A stretch of 64,000 bases of DNA, from positions 24,361 to 88,360 of the forward strand of contig CAYNQI010000001.1 in the NCBI GenBank assembly GCA_964399335.1. The letters run 5' to 3'. The DNA is from an uncultured Thermoplasmata archaeon (lineage in GTDB: Archaea; Thermoplasmatota; Thermoplasmata; Halarchaeoplasmatales; Halarchaeoplasmataceae). This document shows positions 8,810 through 19,163 of the stretch, piece after piece. How positions within the stretch are numbered: the stretch's first letter is position 1; every line of letters starts with the position of its first letter. The position numbers and the translations under genes are program-made. Under the pieces are notes generated by a model. That model saw only the letters and a list, made by a program, of their open reading frames with translations, ran no database searches and was not told where the DNA came from.

Positions 8810-10432
8810 ATGGTAGAAAATATGGATAAACAGTTCGAAAAATTAGAAAAAGAAATCTTCGATAATTTTATGGAAAGAAATCCAACTTGGGCAACCTCTA
8901 TAGGCATCCACGAATACGATCATTTGTTACCAGATATATCACGTGATAAACACTTAAAAGATATTGAATTGATGAAGGGTTGGAAGGATGACCTAGAGGA
9001 GTTCGATCCCTCAGATCTATCCGAAGAAAAAAGGTTGTCAAGAAAATTAGGTATTCATCTTTTCGAATTATTCTTATTTCAAATGGGAGATTTGAGACGG
9101 TGGGAAAAAAACCCATCACTGCCATCTGTGGTAGGAGGGGGGATATTTCCACTCTTGAAGAGAGATTTTGCTCCTATCGAAGAGAGATTAGAAAGCATAC
9201 ATGGCAGAATCCAAGATATACCAAAATTATTGGAGCAGGAAAGAACTAAGCTGGAAGAACCTGTAAAACTTTGGATAGGCATGGCTATCGAATCTGCAGA
9301 ACAACTGCCAATGCTTTTTAAGCTAGTGTTGATGATAGCAAAAAAAGAAGATCTAGATAAGGAAGATATCGATAAGTTAAATGAATCAATCAATAAAGCC
9401 GATGAAGCTATTGAAGAATACATAGAATGGTTAGATGAAAAGAAAAGTGAAGGTGTAGATGAATTTGCCATCGGGTCCGAAAAATTTAGTGAATTGATAG
9501 AAAAAAGAGAATTGGGGTATAACCCAGATGAGATCCTAGATATAGGTGAAACTCTTCTCGAGGAATCAAAGAATCAAATGAAAAAATATGCTGAGCTTTT
9601 AAACAAAGAAGCCGATGTAGATGAAGTTGTTGAGGAAGTTATGTCCCAAACCCCAGAGTCCTTCGATGAGGCTCTAAACTGGTATCGGGAGGGGCTTGAA
9701 GACGCAAAAGAATTCGTAATAGAAAACGATTTGGCCACGATCCCAGAAAACGAAGAGATCGAAGTTACAGAAACACCTGAATACCTCAGACCTTTGATAC
9801 CTTATGCAGCTTATATGCCTCCTGCAAAATTCGATGAAGTTATGAAAGGGATATACATAGTGACCCCACCAAACAATGAAGAGGCCCTAACAAATTACTC
9901 TTATTGGGATCTTAGAAATACGACAGTCCACGAAGGGTATCCTGGCCATCATCTTCAAAACGCAGCTGCTAGAACCAATGACGATATATTTCATCTATTT
10001 TCAAGAGCCATAGAAACTATCGAGGGATGGGCTCATTACTGTGAAGAGATGATGAAGGATCAAGGATTTGACGATACTCCCGAAGCCAGGTTGATACAGA
10101 CAAAAGACGTGGTATGGAGAGCGGCTAGGATTATAGTTGATGTTAACCTCAGCAGGGGTGATATGAAATTTGACGAAGCAGTTGATTTCTTAGTTGAACA
10201 TGCACGATTGAAAGAAAAGGATGCAACAACTGAGGTGAAACGATACACCCAGAATCCAGCTTATCAATTGAGTTACCTTTTAGGTAAAGAGATGTTGAAA
10301 GATCTAAAGGAAGACGTTAAAAGTAAGATGGGGGACGATTATACTGAAAAATTCTTTCACGATACTATCCTATATTCAGGGAGCGTTCCCATGAAATATC
10401 TCAGGGAGATATTTGAAGAAAAAATAAAATAG
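8810..10432 (+). CDS. DUF885 family protein (putative zinc peptidase)
   Basis: VHEGYPGHH, EGWAHYCE, EVKRYTQNPAYQLSYLLG. Confidence 0.9.
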   Translation: MVENMDKQFEKLEKEIFDNFMERNPTWATSIGIHEYDHLLPDISRDKHLKDIELMKGWKDDLEEFDPSDLSEEKRLSRKLGIHLFELFLFQMGDLRRWEKNPSLPSVVGGGIFPLLKRDFAPIEERLESIHGRIQDIPKLLEQERTKLEEPVKLWIGMAIESAEQLPMLFKLVLMIAKKEDLDKEDIDKLNESINKADEAIEEYIEWLDEKKSEGVDEFAIGSEKFSELIEKRELGYNPDEILDIGETLLEESKNQMKKYAELLNKEADVDEVVEEVMSQTPESFDEALNWYREGLEDAKEFVIENDLATIPENEEIEVTETPEYLRPLIPYAAYMPPAKFDEVMKGIYIVTPPNNEEALTNYSYWDLRNTTVHEGYPGHHLQNAAARTNDDIFHLFSRAIETIEGWAHYCEEMMKDQGFDDTPEARLIQTKDVVWRAARIIVDVNLSRGDMKFDEAVDFLVEHARLKEKDATTEVKRYTQNPAYQLSYLLGKEMLKDLKEDVKSKMGDDYTEKFFHDTILYSGSVPMKYLREIFEEKIK

Positions 10433-10477
10433 GAGTGGTTTTAGAAATACCTAAGGTAAGAGAATTTCCTTAGCAAA

Positions 10478-10999
10478 TCACTTATTTTCTACCAGTTCGT
10501 CCGCTTTTACCAGTGATATGAGTTCTACATCCACTTCCTTTAGATTCTCTTCAGCACCTTCCTGCCTATCCACCACTACTATAACTTTTTTGACTTCTGC
10601 TCCGGCTTTTCTCAATACTTCTACGGTTTCAACAGAAGAACCGCCAGTTGTTGTAACATCTTCTACAATCACCACTTCCTCTCCTTCTTCAAGAACCCCT
10701 TCAAGCCGAGTTCCAGTTCCATGACCCTTCTCTTTTTTCCTGACCATTATGTACGGAGAACCGGTCTCTAAAGATACAGCGGCAGCGATCGGGACGGCGC
10801 CTAACTCCATCCCGGCTATCTTTTCATCATCGATGTATTTAGCCATCTTTTGTGCGACCTTCTTTAAAATATCAGGTCTAGTACTGGCTAATTTGATATC
10901 TACATAATAACTGCTCTTCTTACCTGAAGTAAGCGTGAACTCACCGTATTTTATCGCTCCACAATCTTCCAACATCTCTTTCAGCATATATTTCACCAA
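10478..10999 (-). CDS. pyrE: Orotate phosphoribosyltransferase
   Basis: FTLTSGKKSSYYVD, VRKKEKGHGT, VEDVTTTGGS. Confidence 0.95.
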   Translation of the reverse strand: MVKYMLKEMLEDCGAIKYGEFTLTSGKKSSYYVDIKLASTRPDILKKVAQKMAKYIDDEKIAGMELGAVPIAAAVSLETGSPYIMVRKKEKGHGTGTRLEGVLEEGEEVVIVEDVTTTGGSSVETVEVLRKAGAEVKKVIVVVDRQEGAEENLKEVDVELISLVKADELVENK

Positions 11000-11538
11000 G
11001 GTTCGTTTTTTAGTCCTAATTTATATCCTATTATGTTAACTATTCGGTGTAAAAGAGGGATTCCGATTAAAAGGATGATCAAAGCGATCCAACCATCACC
11101 TGAAAAATAGGTTTTTAAAACCCAATTATGATCTACGATAAATGTGAGTAAAAATGCACCGATCACAAAGTCATACTGATCTATCACAGGTGTTTTAGCT
11201 CCTCGTTTTCTTCCTAACCTTCTCTTTAAAAAACTGGCCATCATGTCTCCAAAAAGTGCTCCAAAGGAAAGTGCGAATATGATTATATAAGTTCTCATAG
11301 ACTGAGGAAATATGTTAATGAAAGGAGAAACTAAAAAATTAAAAGCGATAGTAACCAATCCACCAGCTAATCCACCTCCCAAGAGTCCCCTCCATGTTTT
11401 ACCATCTCCAAGGATCCTTTTTCCATGGATCTTCAATCCACCGTCTATAGGAGTACCGCCTCCAAATATTACTGCTAATGGATTTGCAATGAGAGCCGGG
11501 ATGAATGCCAATATCGCACTTAATACTCCGATATTCAT
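10993..11538 (-). CDS. carS: CDP-archaeol synthase (DUF46)
   Basis: ANPLAVIFGGGTPIDGG, GDGKTWRG, GALFGDMMASFLKRRLG, DQYDF. Confidence 0.92.
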   Translation of the reverse strand: MNIGVLSAILAFIPALIANPLAVIFGGGTPIDGGLKIHGKRILGDGKTWRGLLGGGLAGGLVTIAFNFLVSPFINIFPQSMRTYIIIFALSFGALFGDMMASFLKRRLGRKRGAKTPVIDQYDFVIGAFLLTFIVDHNWVLKTYFSGDGWIALIILLIGIPLLHRIVNIIGYKLGLKNEPW

Positions 11539-11575
11539 CGGTTTGAAATCATCTTATCTATTAAATACTCTTTCA

Positions 11576-12343
11576 TCAAAGTAGACTTTTCTCCATCTCC
11601 ATTACCATCTTGATACGCCGTGCTAAAAGTTCGATTCCAGCATCCCACAGTTTTTCACCTTTTTCTTTTGTAGCTTTCTTTGGATCTCCCAAAACACCGA
11701 TTTTACTTAGCTCATGTGTATCCCAGGCAAACTCGAATGGAGGATCATTTTCGAATTCGAACTCGTCACCCGGAAAATCCATCTCAACCTCAGGAATAGC
11801 ATCCTTATCTACCAATTCTTCTCGATTCGCCAGTGAAGTAGATGTTTCATACTCTCCGGCGTGTACATCATTCTTAGAATCTACGTACTTCTTTTTACCG
11901 GGATCCATACTCTCCCCGGAATCTATAAAGATCAATAGTCCAGTTTCCCTTTTTAACTTTCTAGAAGCTATCTTTATAGTTGTTGTGTTTCCACCATGAG
12001 CATTGTATATGAACAGTTTTTGGATGCCATGATGGATGATTGATCTTCCGATATCTATTATCATATCTCGAAGCGTTTCAGATCTCACAGTTATAGTTCC
12101 AGAAAAGGCCATATGATGATCGCTGACTCCGTACGGGATCGTTGGCAATATAAGTGGTTTCGGAGAATCAATTCTTTTTACGGCTTCTTCTAACATATAA
12201 CCAGCATCAAAAGTATCGGTATCCAGCGGTAGATGTGGTCCGTGTTGTTCTATACTTCCTATGGGAAGTAGTGCAGTATCTACGAATCTCGTTCTTTGTT
12301 CAAGCTCTGATCTAGTCATCTCTCCCCATTTTATCTTCTGCAT
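11576..12343 (-). CDS. Creatininase-family amidohydrolase
   Basis: PIGSIEQHGPHLPLDTD, NAHGGN, HAGEYETS, GDP..AT.EKG. Confidence 0.9.
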   Translation of the reverse strand: MQKIKWGEMTRSELEQRTRFVDTALLPIGSIEQHGPHLPLDTDTFDAGYMLEEAVKRIDSPKPLILPTIPYGVSDHHMAFSGTITVRSETLRDMIIDIGRSIIHHGIQKLFIYNAHGGNTTTIKIASRKLKRETGLLIFIDSGESMDPGKKKYVDSKNDVHAGEYETSTSLANREELVDKDAIPEVEMDFPGDEFEFENDPPFEFAWDTHELSKIGVLGDPKKATKEKGEKLWDAGIELLARRIKMVMEMEKSLL

Positions 12344-12419
12344 AGTTGTGAAAACAAAAAAGTTTCATTTAGATTTTTCCTCCCTAAAAATTATTACCCT
12401 TTGTTATGTAAATAAATCA

Positions 12420-12659
12420 ATGGATACTCCAAGAGATATATTGAACGAACTTAAATGGGATAATTCAAAATCTTTAGAAAGGGCTGAGATTTTTTACGTC
12501 CATAGAGGCGCACCTGGTGATTACAAGATCATCAAAGGAGATGAAATACTCGATCTGGGTCGCTCTTTCATCAAGTTAGAAGAAGGCCAGATACCTTATC
12601 ATAGGATCTTTCAGATCGTATGCAACGGTGAGGTAATTTTTTCTCGAGAAAGGTCATAG
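12420..12659 (+). CDS. DUF504/MJ1316-type RNA-repair-associated domain protein
   Basis: PRDILNELKW, YVHRGAPG, IPYHRI; ATG at 12420 (track ORF over-extended). Confidence 0.85.
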   Translation: MDTPRDILNELKWDNSKSLERAEIFYVHRGAPGDYKIIKGDEILDLGRSFIKLEEGQIPYHRIFQIVCNGEVIFSRERS

Positions 12660-13280
12660 CTTTTTCAAGAGTTTATCTATATCTTCTCTGAGTTTTTCCC
12701 TGTTCGAGGATATAGCAATATCCCCTCTTGTTTTTTCTACTAAAGCTCTTGCCATGTCCTGTTTATTTTTGATTGGAATTATAGCCTTTGGATAATCCAA
12801 TTCCATAAGCATATCCTTTATACGACTCATGGCATCAAGCAGTTCTTCAGCTCTTTGAACATCTCCTTCTGTCAGTTTTTCTAGACATTGCCGACGTAGT
12901 TCACCTATGACATCAGCTAGTCCGAGTAGGTAGGCACTAGGTGTGATATCTAATCCCTTTGCTCCCATCAGTTCTCTATCTGAAGTCAGGGCCCAGAGTA
13001 TATGAGCTTCAGCAAGCTCTTGGAAACCGTTCCTTAAAAAACCTGAATGAAAAAGTTCTGGATAACCTTCTATTATACTTTTCAATTTTGATACCTCTTG
13101 GATAGCTTCGTTGAAACTTTCTTGGGGATTACCATCCTGATGGATCTCCTTGATCATTTTCCGAGATGATCTCCTTATAGCCCTAGAGGATTTTAATGCT
13201 AGTTCTCTAACGGTGTCTTTGTCATCTAACTGGCCAACGATCTTATCAACTTTATTTTCTAAATTATCTAAGTTTTTCAT
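12654..13280 (-). CDS. Translin-family RNA-binding protein
   Basis: RELALKSSR, QELAEA, YLLGLADVIGELRR, LMELDYP, KQDMAR. Confidence 0.88.
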   Translation of the reverse strand: MKNLDNLENKVDKIVGQLDDKDTVRELALKSSRAIRRSSRKMIKEIHQDGNPQESFNEAIQEVSKLKSIIEGYPELFHSGFLRNGFQELAEAHILWALTSDRELMGAKGLDITPSAYLLGLADVIGELRRQCLEKLTEGDVQRAEELLDAMSRIKDMLMELDYPKAIIPIKNKQDMARALVEKTRGDIAISSNREKLREDIDKLLKKL

Positions 13281-13282
13281 CT

Positions 13283-14620
13283 CTAGTCCCCTTTGATCTC
13301 TTGCATATGTTTCAATTTTCTTTCGATACTCTCGGGCTTACCAATGTCGTGTCTCATATGGACTTTATCTCCTTTTACATGGGATAAAGCTCTTTCACTA
13401 GCGGATTCTGCTTCTTCTAACTTCTCTGAATAACCACAAACTGCTAAAGACCGGGAAGTTGTAGTGTATATATTCCCATCTTTTTCATCCACAGAAGCAT
13501 AAAACAATTGTGCTCCTTCTGATCCTATAGCATCCTCATCTATTTCCAACTCAGCACCTGAGACCGGATCTATTCCATATCCTTCAGGTACGATATATTT
13601 ACAGACACTTGATTTTTTCTCGAAAGATACTTCCAAATCTGAGATGTCGCCTTGAGCTATATTTTTACAAATCTCTACATAATTGTTTTCTAGTAGTGGT
13701 AGAACATTCATAGCCTCTGGATCACCCCAACGACAGTTATACTCGATGATCTTTGGTCCCTTTTTAGTGAGCATGAATTGTCCGTATAGAACACCTTTGT
13801 AAGTCACACCTTCTTTTTTTAAGGCCCTCAGCGTTTCTTTGATAATCGAAACGCTCTCATCGTAAGTTTTGCTATCCACGAATGGAAGCAACCCGTCAGC
13901 CTGTGAATAAGAACCCATGCCGCCTGTATTGGGTCCTTCATCACCTTCAAATAAACGTTTATGGTCTTGGACTAAAGGCATCGGGATCAGGTTTTCACCA
14001 TCTGTGAATACCTGTAGTGTAAATTCTTCTCCTTTCAATCTTTCTTCCAAGATCAACTTGGAACTGCCACCTATTTTGTTCTCTAGTACTTTATGACAAT
14101 AATCTATTACCTCTTCTTTGTTCTCTAGATGTTCTCCCATGATCTTAACGCCTTTTCCACCGGTTAACCCTACTGGTTTCACTGCTAATTCCCCTTCATA
14201 ATGGGTTAAAAAGTCCTCGATTTCCTCTATATCATCAAACACCTGATAATCTACTTTCCCCGGTAGATCATATTTCTGCATGATATTTCTCATGAATTCT
14301 TTTGATATCTCGATCTGCGCTGCATTTTTATTTGGACTAGCACACTTGATACCTTTTTTCTCCAGCTCATCAACGATACCTTTACCTAGAGGTGCTTCTG
14401 GACCTACAACAGCCAGGGCTACTTTTTTATCAACGGCCCAATCAACAACATCATCGATGTTAGTGCCCTTCTCAAGTAAAAATTCCTTGGATAGACGGGC
14501 AATACCTGGATTTTTGTTGCCCATAACTGCGTAAATCTCAGCACCACCATGATGAAGCGCTTTTACTATAGTATGTTCTCTCGCTCCTCCTCCAACAGTA
14601 AGTATTTTCATAGTTATCAT
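13283..14620 (-). CDS. purD: Phosphoribosylamine-glycine ligase
   Basis: VGGGAREH, VVGPEAPL, GLTGGKGV, QDHKRLFEGDEGPNTGGMGSY, EYNCRWGDPE. Confidence 0.97.
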   Translation of the reverse strand: MITMKILTVGGGAREHTIVKALHHGGAEIYAVMGNKNPGIARLSKEFLLEKGTNIDDVVDWAVDKKVALAVVGPEAPLGKGIVDELEKKGIKCASPNKNAAQIEISKEFMRNIMQKYDLPGKVDYQVFDDIEEIEDFLTHYEGELAVKPVGLTGGKGVKIMGEHLENKEEVIDYCHKVLENKIGGSSKLILEERLKGEEFTLQVFTDGENLIPMPLVQDHKRLFEGDEGPNTGGMGSYSQADGLLPFVDSKTYDESVSIIKETLRALKKEGVTYKGVLYGQFMLTKKGPKIIEYNCRWGDPEAMNVLPLLENNYVEICKNIAQGDISDLEVSFEKKSSVCKYIVPEGYGIDPVSGAELEIDEDAIGSEGAQLFYASVDEKDGNIYTTTSRSLAVCGYSEKLEEAESASERALSHVKGDKVHMRHDIGKPESIERKLKHMQEIKGD

Positions 14621-14650
14621 TAAGGGTAAAAAGGTGGTATAATATAAGAT

Positions 14651-15235
14651 TTAGTCTGAGATATACTCTTCTTTTCTCCTTGATAAAACTATCTTATCAT
14701 CTTCTACAGAATCTATATCATCAGCATCGATGGTAACGTCTTTCGTTTTAACATCAATGAAAGCGGGGACAGGTCCTTCCTCTAAATGACTCGTAGGAAG
14801 AGAGATTGTCATATCCTCGAAGGACATCATGGGAACTGCGTACCTTTCGATCTCTCCTTTTTCATCTCTAGTACGAATGACTTTAGCATGTACACGTATA
14901 TATTCTAAGTCCCCATCCTTATCTTTTTCAGCTTCTACTACTCTACCGATCTCAGTATCTTCACAATCCACTACTTTGGTATCGATTAAATTTTTTTCAG
15001 GACATATCCATAAATATATTTTTTCTGAAGTGATCTTATCGATATATTTGAGATCGATTTTAAAATATTCACCGAAAAATCCCTTGTGGATCAAAAGACT
15101 TGTAGGGCTTAGTGTGGTAATGTTGATCTCTATATCATCTACATGCCCAAAGTGTTCTCCCTCTGCATCGTACACGTGAGTACCTTTGATCTTGTTGAAA
15201 GTGGTCTTCCCCTCTTTAGAAATGATCTTACCCAT
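14651..15235 (-). CDS. Tandem PRC-barrel domain protein
   Basis: Two KGxxVYDxEGExFGxV(D/E)-type repeats. Confidence 0.75.
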   Translation of the reverse strand: MGKIISKEGKTTFNKIKGTHVYDAEGEHFGHVDDIEINITTLSPTSLLIHKGFFGEYFKIDLKYIDKITSEKIYLWICPEKNLIDTKVVDCEDTEIGRVVEAEKDKDGDLEYIRVHAKVIRTRDEKGEIERYAVPMMSFEDMTISLPTSHLEEGPVPAFIDVKTKDVTIDADDIDSVEDDKIVLSRRKEEYISD

Positions 15236-15309
15236 CTCTATCGATATCTATAATGTTTTTAAACTACTTTATATTTGCCCCACCTGTTTAGAGGATTACA
15301 ATATAGGGT

Positions 15310-16752
15310 TCATCTCAACATTTTTTTAATCAATCCAAGATCATCCTTATTGATCCCTTTTAAAAAATACAATATAGTGAAGTAGAATATAATTCCTATA
15401 GGAAGGATCCATAGAGGAGATATCTGTAATCCAAGTAAAGTTGGTAGATAGAGTAACATGGCCATAAACACACTAGAGAGATAAGGTTTCCACAGATAAG
15501 AAGTTGGGATAGGTGATAACTGTTCACAAACAAGATGATAATTTAGAAGGAAATGTGTGATTTCAGCTATAACGATGGCTACAGCAGCCCCATAGACACC
15601 ATAAGACGGGATGAATAAAATTCCCGATATTATTAAAACAGCGGACGCAACTATGAGATTCCTAGATGATTCTAAAGTCCTTTCGCTGGACCACAGCACC
15701 ATTTTCAAACTACCATTCATGAACAAGAAGGGGAGCATCCAAACTATCGTTCTAAACACATGGATAGTCTGTTGATATTCTGCAGCATATATCAAATGGA
15801 TAATATCTCCAGCGATAACATAAAGCCCTAAGGTCAAGGGGAGAGATAAGATCAGCAAAAACCTAAGAGATTCAAAGTAAGCCCGTTTCAATACCTTTCT
15901 TCCAGACGAATATAGTCTTGAAAATACGGGATAGATGGCCCTTCCAAAAGAGTAGGGCACTACTCCTAAAAATATTATGATTTTCCAACTAGCACTGTAA
16001 AGACCTGTAGCGAAGCTACCAGTAAATACAGCCAATAGGACAATTATAACATGACCATAAATGACACCAACTGTCATAAAAAGAGCGAATGGAAAAGAAT
16101 CTTTTAAAAAACTCTTCCATCTTCTTGGATCTGGAGTGGATATCTTAGAGTTAGAAAGTCCCATCTGATATACAATAAAATAGAGGAATAATTGAATCAT
16201 ATAGGAGACCAGAAGAAATAGCAGTATATTTAAGAGATCGTAACCTAATAAAATAGCTGATATTCCAAATGACAAGTATATTACCTTCCAAATCAAAGTT
16301 ACGATGGCCTGCAATTCCATCCTTTCTAGGGCTTGAAATTGTGCTGCGAACGAATTAGATAGTTTTTCGAATATCAGGATAGTTATTGCAACCATGAAGA
16401 TATTAAAAGGTATATTCACTTTGAAAATATTTTTTACCATGAGATAAACAACTGAAATAACTACGACAGTAAGAATACCTAAAAGAATCCTTAGAAAAAG
16501 GATATTGCTTAAAAACTCAGGTGCTTTCTCTGGTCTCCTAGAAACTTCTCGGATAGTCATCTCATCTAAACCAAAATCAACAACGACCGACAAAAGGTAT
16601 GAAAAAGCCATTACAGAATTAAAAATTCCGAATGACGTAGGTAATAGATGGTTAGCTAGAAGTATTATAAAAATTGCACTAAAAACCCTCGCGATTATCT
16701 GGGCCGATGCCAGCCATCCCGTATTTTTTAAAACTTTTACGAAACCTTTCAC
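15310..16752 (-). CDS. Wzx-type flippase (MOP superfamily)
   Basis: Many TM helices, DFGL motif, GLYSASWKI, YGVYGAAVA. Confidence 0.9.
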   Translation of the reverse strand: MKGFVKVLKNTGWLASAQIIARVFSAIFIILLANHLLPTSFGIFNSVMAFSYLLSVVVDFGLDEMTIREVSRRPEKAPEFLSNILFLRILLGILTVVVISVVYLMVKNIFKVNIPFNIFMVAITILIFEKLSNSFAAQFQALERMELQAIVTLIWKVIYLSFGISAILLGYDLLNILLFLLVSYMIQLFLYFIVYQMGLSNSKISTPDPRRWKSFLKDSFPFALFMTVGVIYGHVIIVLLAVFTGSFATGLYSASWKIIIFLGVVPYSFGRAIYPVFSRLYSSGRKVLKRAYFESLRFLLILSLPLTLGLYVIAGDIIHLIYAAEYQQTIHVFRTIVWMLPFLFMNGSLKMVLWSSERTLESSRNLIVASAVLIISGILFIPSYGVYGAAVAIVIAEITHFLLNYHLVCEQLSPIPTSYLWKPYLSSVFMAMLLYLPTLLGLQISPLWILPIGIIFYFTILYFLKGINKDDLGLIKKMLR

Positions 16753-16795
16753 TGGATCACATATTTGTAATGGATACGATTTATAAAAATTCTTG

Positions 16796-17830
16796 CTAAG
16801 GCTTCGATTTGGAATCGATCTTTTTAAATAATCTTTTCATCCAAGAGGTCACATCGATCTTATCTTTTATGAGTCTACTACGGGCTGCCTTAAAGTCGAC
16901 ATTTATAGTTTCTTCGAGGATCGAACGGATGGTGAAAAAGGTCTCATGGGAGGTGGTTATCTGTGCACCCAATTCATATTTTAATTCCTGGTCTTCTAGA
17001 TAACCTCGATTTTTATTGGATAAGTATATCCAAGGAACCCCAAGGACCCCGGCTTCAGAAGCAGTGGTTGCGCCTTCTCCCACATACATTCTAGAAAAGG
17101 CTAAGAGATCATGAAATTTATGATCGGGTATATCAATTTCATACTCTCTGATAGGAGAGGGGATAGGTTCTTCAGAATTAACAATAACCGGGCCATATTC
17201 ATCCAATAATCTGACTAGGTCTATTCTTTCTCTTCTATCTAGAACACGTTCGTCTGCCTGATGACTAGCGTCCATGGCCGAAAATCTTACAATAGTATAT
17301 TCCTTCGATTTCAATCCAAGCTCTTTAAGGACGCCTCTATCGGGTTTGAAGCGTTTAGGATGTAGGTAAGCTAGTTCATGATAACCTCGATAGGTGACAT
17401 GCTTATTTTTTGGAGGGCGACCCCTGTAGCAGTCCGGTGTAGCTATCACGTCAGCACATGGAAAAGTCAGTAAATTGGTAAAAGTAGCTGTTTCGGTATC
17501 TGTAAAATCAATAGTAGTGGCATCTAATAGGGAACCTGCATGTACAGAATACAAACCCGCTATAGATGCTGTTATATCGGGATCTATTTTTCTTGCTTTA
17601 TTGATCAATGAAAGATCGTTATGAATCACCCCCAATCCCTTACCCAATTTTCCACTGTATGTCTTTCCAAAAGTTTCGTATTCAAATCCAAGAAGGTCAA
17701 GTAATGTCAGCGTATTCTCTCTTTCCTTAACCATCAAGTGAAATTCATGGCCCTCCTTTTTCATATCCCATATTAAATTCTTGAAAAAATGAACGTGTGC
17801 GGGATGAGCGATCACTAATAGGACCTTCAA
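16796..17830 (-). CDS. DUF354 family protein (GT-B glycosyltransferase-like)
   Basis: HPAHVHFFKN, YHELAYLHP.RF.PD, GEGATTASEAGVLGVP. Confidence 0.9.
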   Translation of the reverse strand: MKVLLVIAHPAHVHFFKNLIWDMKKEGHEFHLMVKERENTLTLLDLLGFEYETFGKTYSGKLGKGLGVIHNDLSLINKARKIDPDITASIAGLYSVHAGSLLDATTIDFTDTETATFTNLLTFPCADVIATPDCYRGRPPKNKHVTYRGYHELAYLHPKRFKPDRGVLKELGLKSKEYTIVRFSAMDASHQADERVLDRRERIDLVRLLDEYGPVIVNSEEPIPSPIREYEIDIPDHKFHDLLAFSRMYVGEGATTASEAGVLGVPWIYLSNKNRGYLEDQELKYELGAQITTSHETFFTIRSILEETINVDFKAARSRLIKDKIDVTSWMKRLFKKIDSKSKP

Positions 17831-17933
17831 TCTAACACCGTTTTTGGAAAGATTGGAGATAGATATAAATGTAACCCAGAAAGAGTGATAAAGAGTATAC
17901 GAAAATTATTAAAGAAAGCATTTTCTAAACAGG

Positions 17934-18509
17934 TTGATGGATTGGCTTATCATCATCGCCTTGGCTTTTGCAACCGTTGCTCTTGCTGAGATAGGAGATA
18001 AAACCCAGATAATGACTATATCTCTCGCAACCCGCTATAGGAACAATCCTGTTTTTTGGGGTATGTTTTTGGGGATGAGTATAATCACTTTGTTTGGTGT
18101 CTTAGTAGGTACTGTGATCTACCAATTCATTCCTTTGTTTTACGTAAAATTGTTCGCAGCACTTATATTCATATTCTTTGGGACATACTCATTATATATA
18201 AAAGAGAAAGAAGTGGATAAAGATGTAGACGAAAAAAAGGTTTTTTCAACTTCCTTTTTACTTGCCTTAATAGCTGAATTTGGAGACAAAACTCAATTGG
18301 TAGTGATTGCTTTAACCGCAAGGTATAGAGCTCCATTTTTAGTCCTGTTGGGGGCTTTAGGTGGGTTAGCACTGGTGATAGGTATAAGTGTTTTTATGGG
18401 AGACAAGATAGCAGAAATTGTCGAAAAAGATAAAATTGATTTGATTTCATCCGTGCTATTCCTGATTATAGGGATAGCATTTCTTTTTGAGATTTTGTTT
18501 TTCACGTAA
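17934..18509 (+). CDS. GDT1/TMEM165 (UPF0016) Ca2+/Mn2+ transporter
   Basis: Two ExGDKTQ motifs (AEIGDKTQ, AEFGDKTQ). Confidence 0.95.
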   Translation: MMDWLIIIALAFATVALAEIGDKTQIMTISLATRYRNNPVFWGMFLGMSIITLFGVLVGTVIYQFIPLFYVKLFAALIFIFFGTYSLYIKEKEVDKDVDEKKVFSTSFLLALIAEFGDKTQLVVIALTARYRAPFLVLLGALGGLALVIGISVFMGDKIAEIVEKDKIDLISSVLFLIIGIAFLFEILFFT

Positions 18510-18525
18510 ATGATATTAGCACCTA

Positions 18526-19077
18526 TTGAAATTAAGTACTATGGCCCGATGGAAGAAGAAAGATTCTAGGAAGATAGCTGACTCTACGTTCTTCACCTTG
18601 AAAGAGGATGATGTTGAGCTCCCCGACGGCAGTGAAATGACTTACACTATGTTGGATATGCCTGATTTCGCTGGAGTACTACCGGTGATAGATGATAAAT
18701 TCGTTTTGATCAAAAATTACAGATATCCAGTTGATGAGATGGTATTGGAAATTCCCGCTGGATTGATAGAAGAAGATGAAAAACCAAAGGAAACCGCATC
18801 TAGAGAAATGAAGGAGGAGACGGGTTATACACTAAAAAGCTGTGAAAAAATAATTGAATATCATCCCGTAGCTAGCCTGAACACACAGACTGCACATCTA
18901 TTTTTAGGCGAGGTCGACGAAGGTTTTAAAACAAATAGAGATACAGCAGAAGATATGACCGTGGAAATTATCCCCATCCAGGAAGTATATAAGATGTTGG
19001 AAAACAAAGAGATAGTACATCCTCATACTATTATTGGACTTTTTTATAGTAGAGATAAATTATCAGAAATGATTTAA
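18526..19077 (+). CDS. NUDIX hydrolase (ADP-ribose pyrophosphatase-like)
   Basis: YRYP...LEIPAGLIE....ETASREMKEETG Nudix box; start TTG 18526 or ATG 18541. Confidence 0.92.
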   Translation: MKLSTMARWKKKDSRKIADSTFFTLKEDDVELPDGSEMTYTMLDMPDFAGVLPVIDDKFVLIKNYRYPVDEMVLEIPAGLIEEDEKPKETASREMKEETGYTLKSCEKIIEYHPVASLNTQTAHLFLGEVDEGFKTNRDTAEDMTVEIIPIQEVYKMLENKEIVHPHTIIGLFYSRDKLSEMI

Positions 19078-19163
19078 ACAACTTATACATATTGGGAAAA
19101 GAATTCAAGCTCAAAAACAACCGAAAAGGTTTATAGATAAAACGCAATTTTGGAAGACTCTTT

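Noticed and set aside
12420-13280. DUF504 and translin as an RNA-repair module
   Set aside because: Genes are convergent, not co-transcribed; adjacency alone is weak evidence
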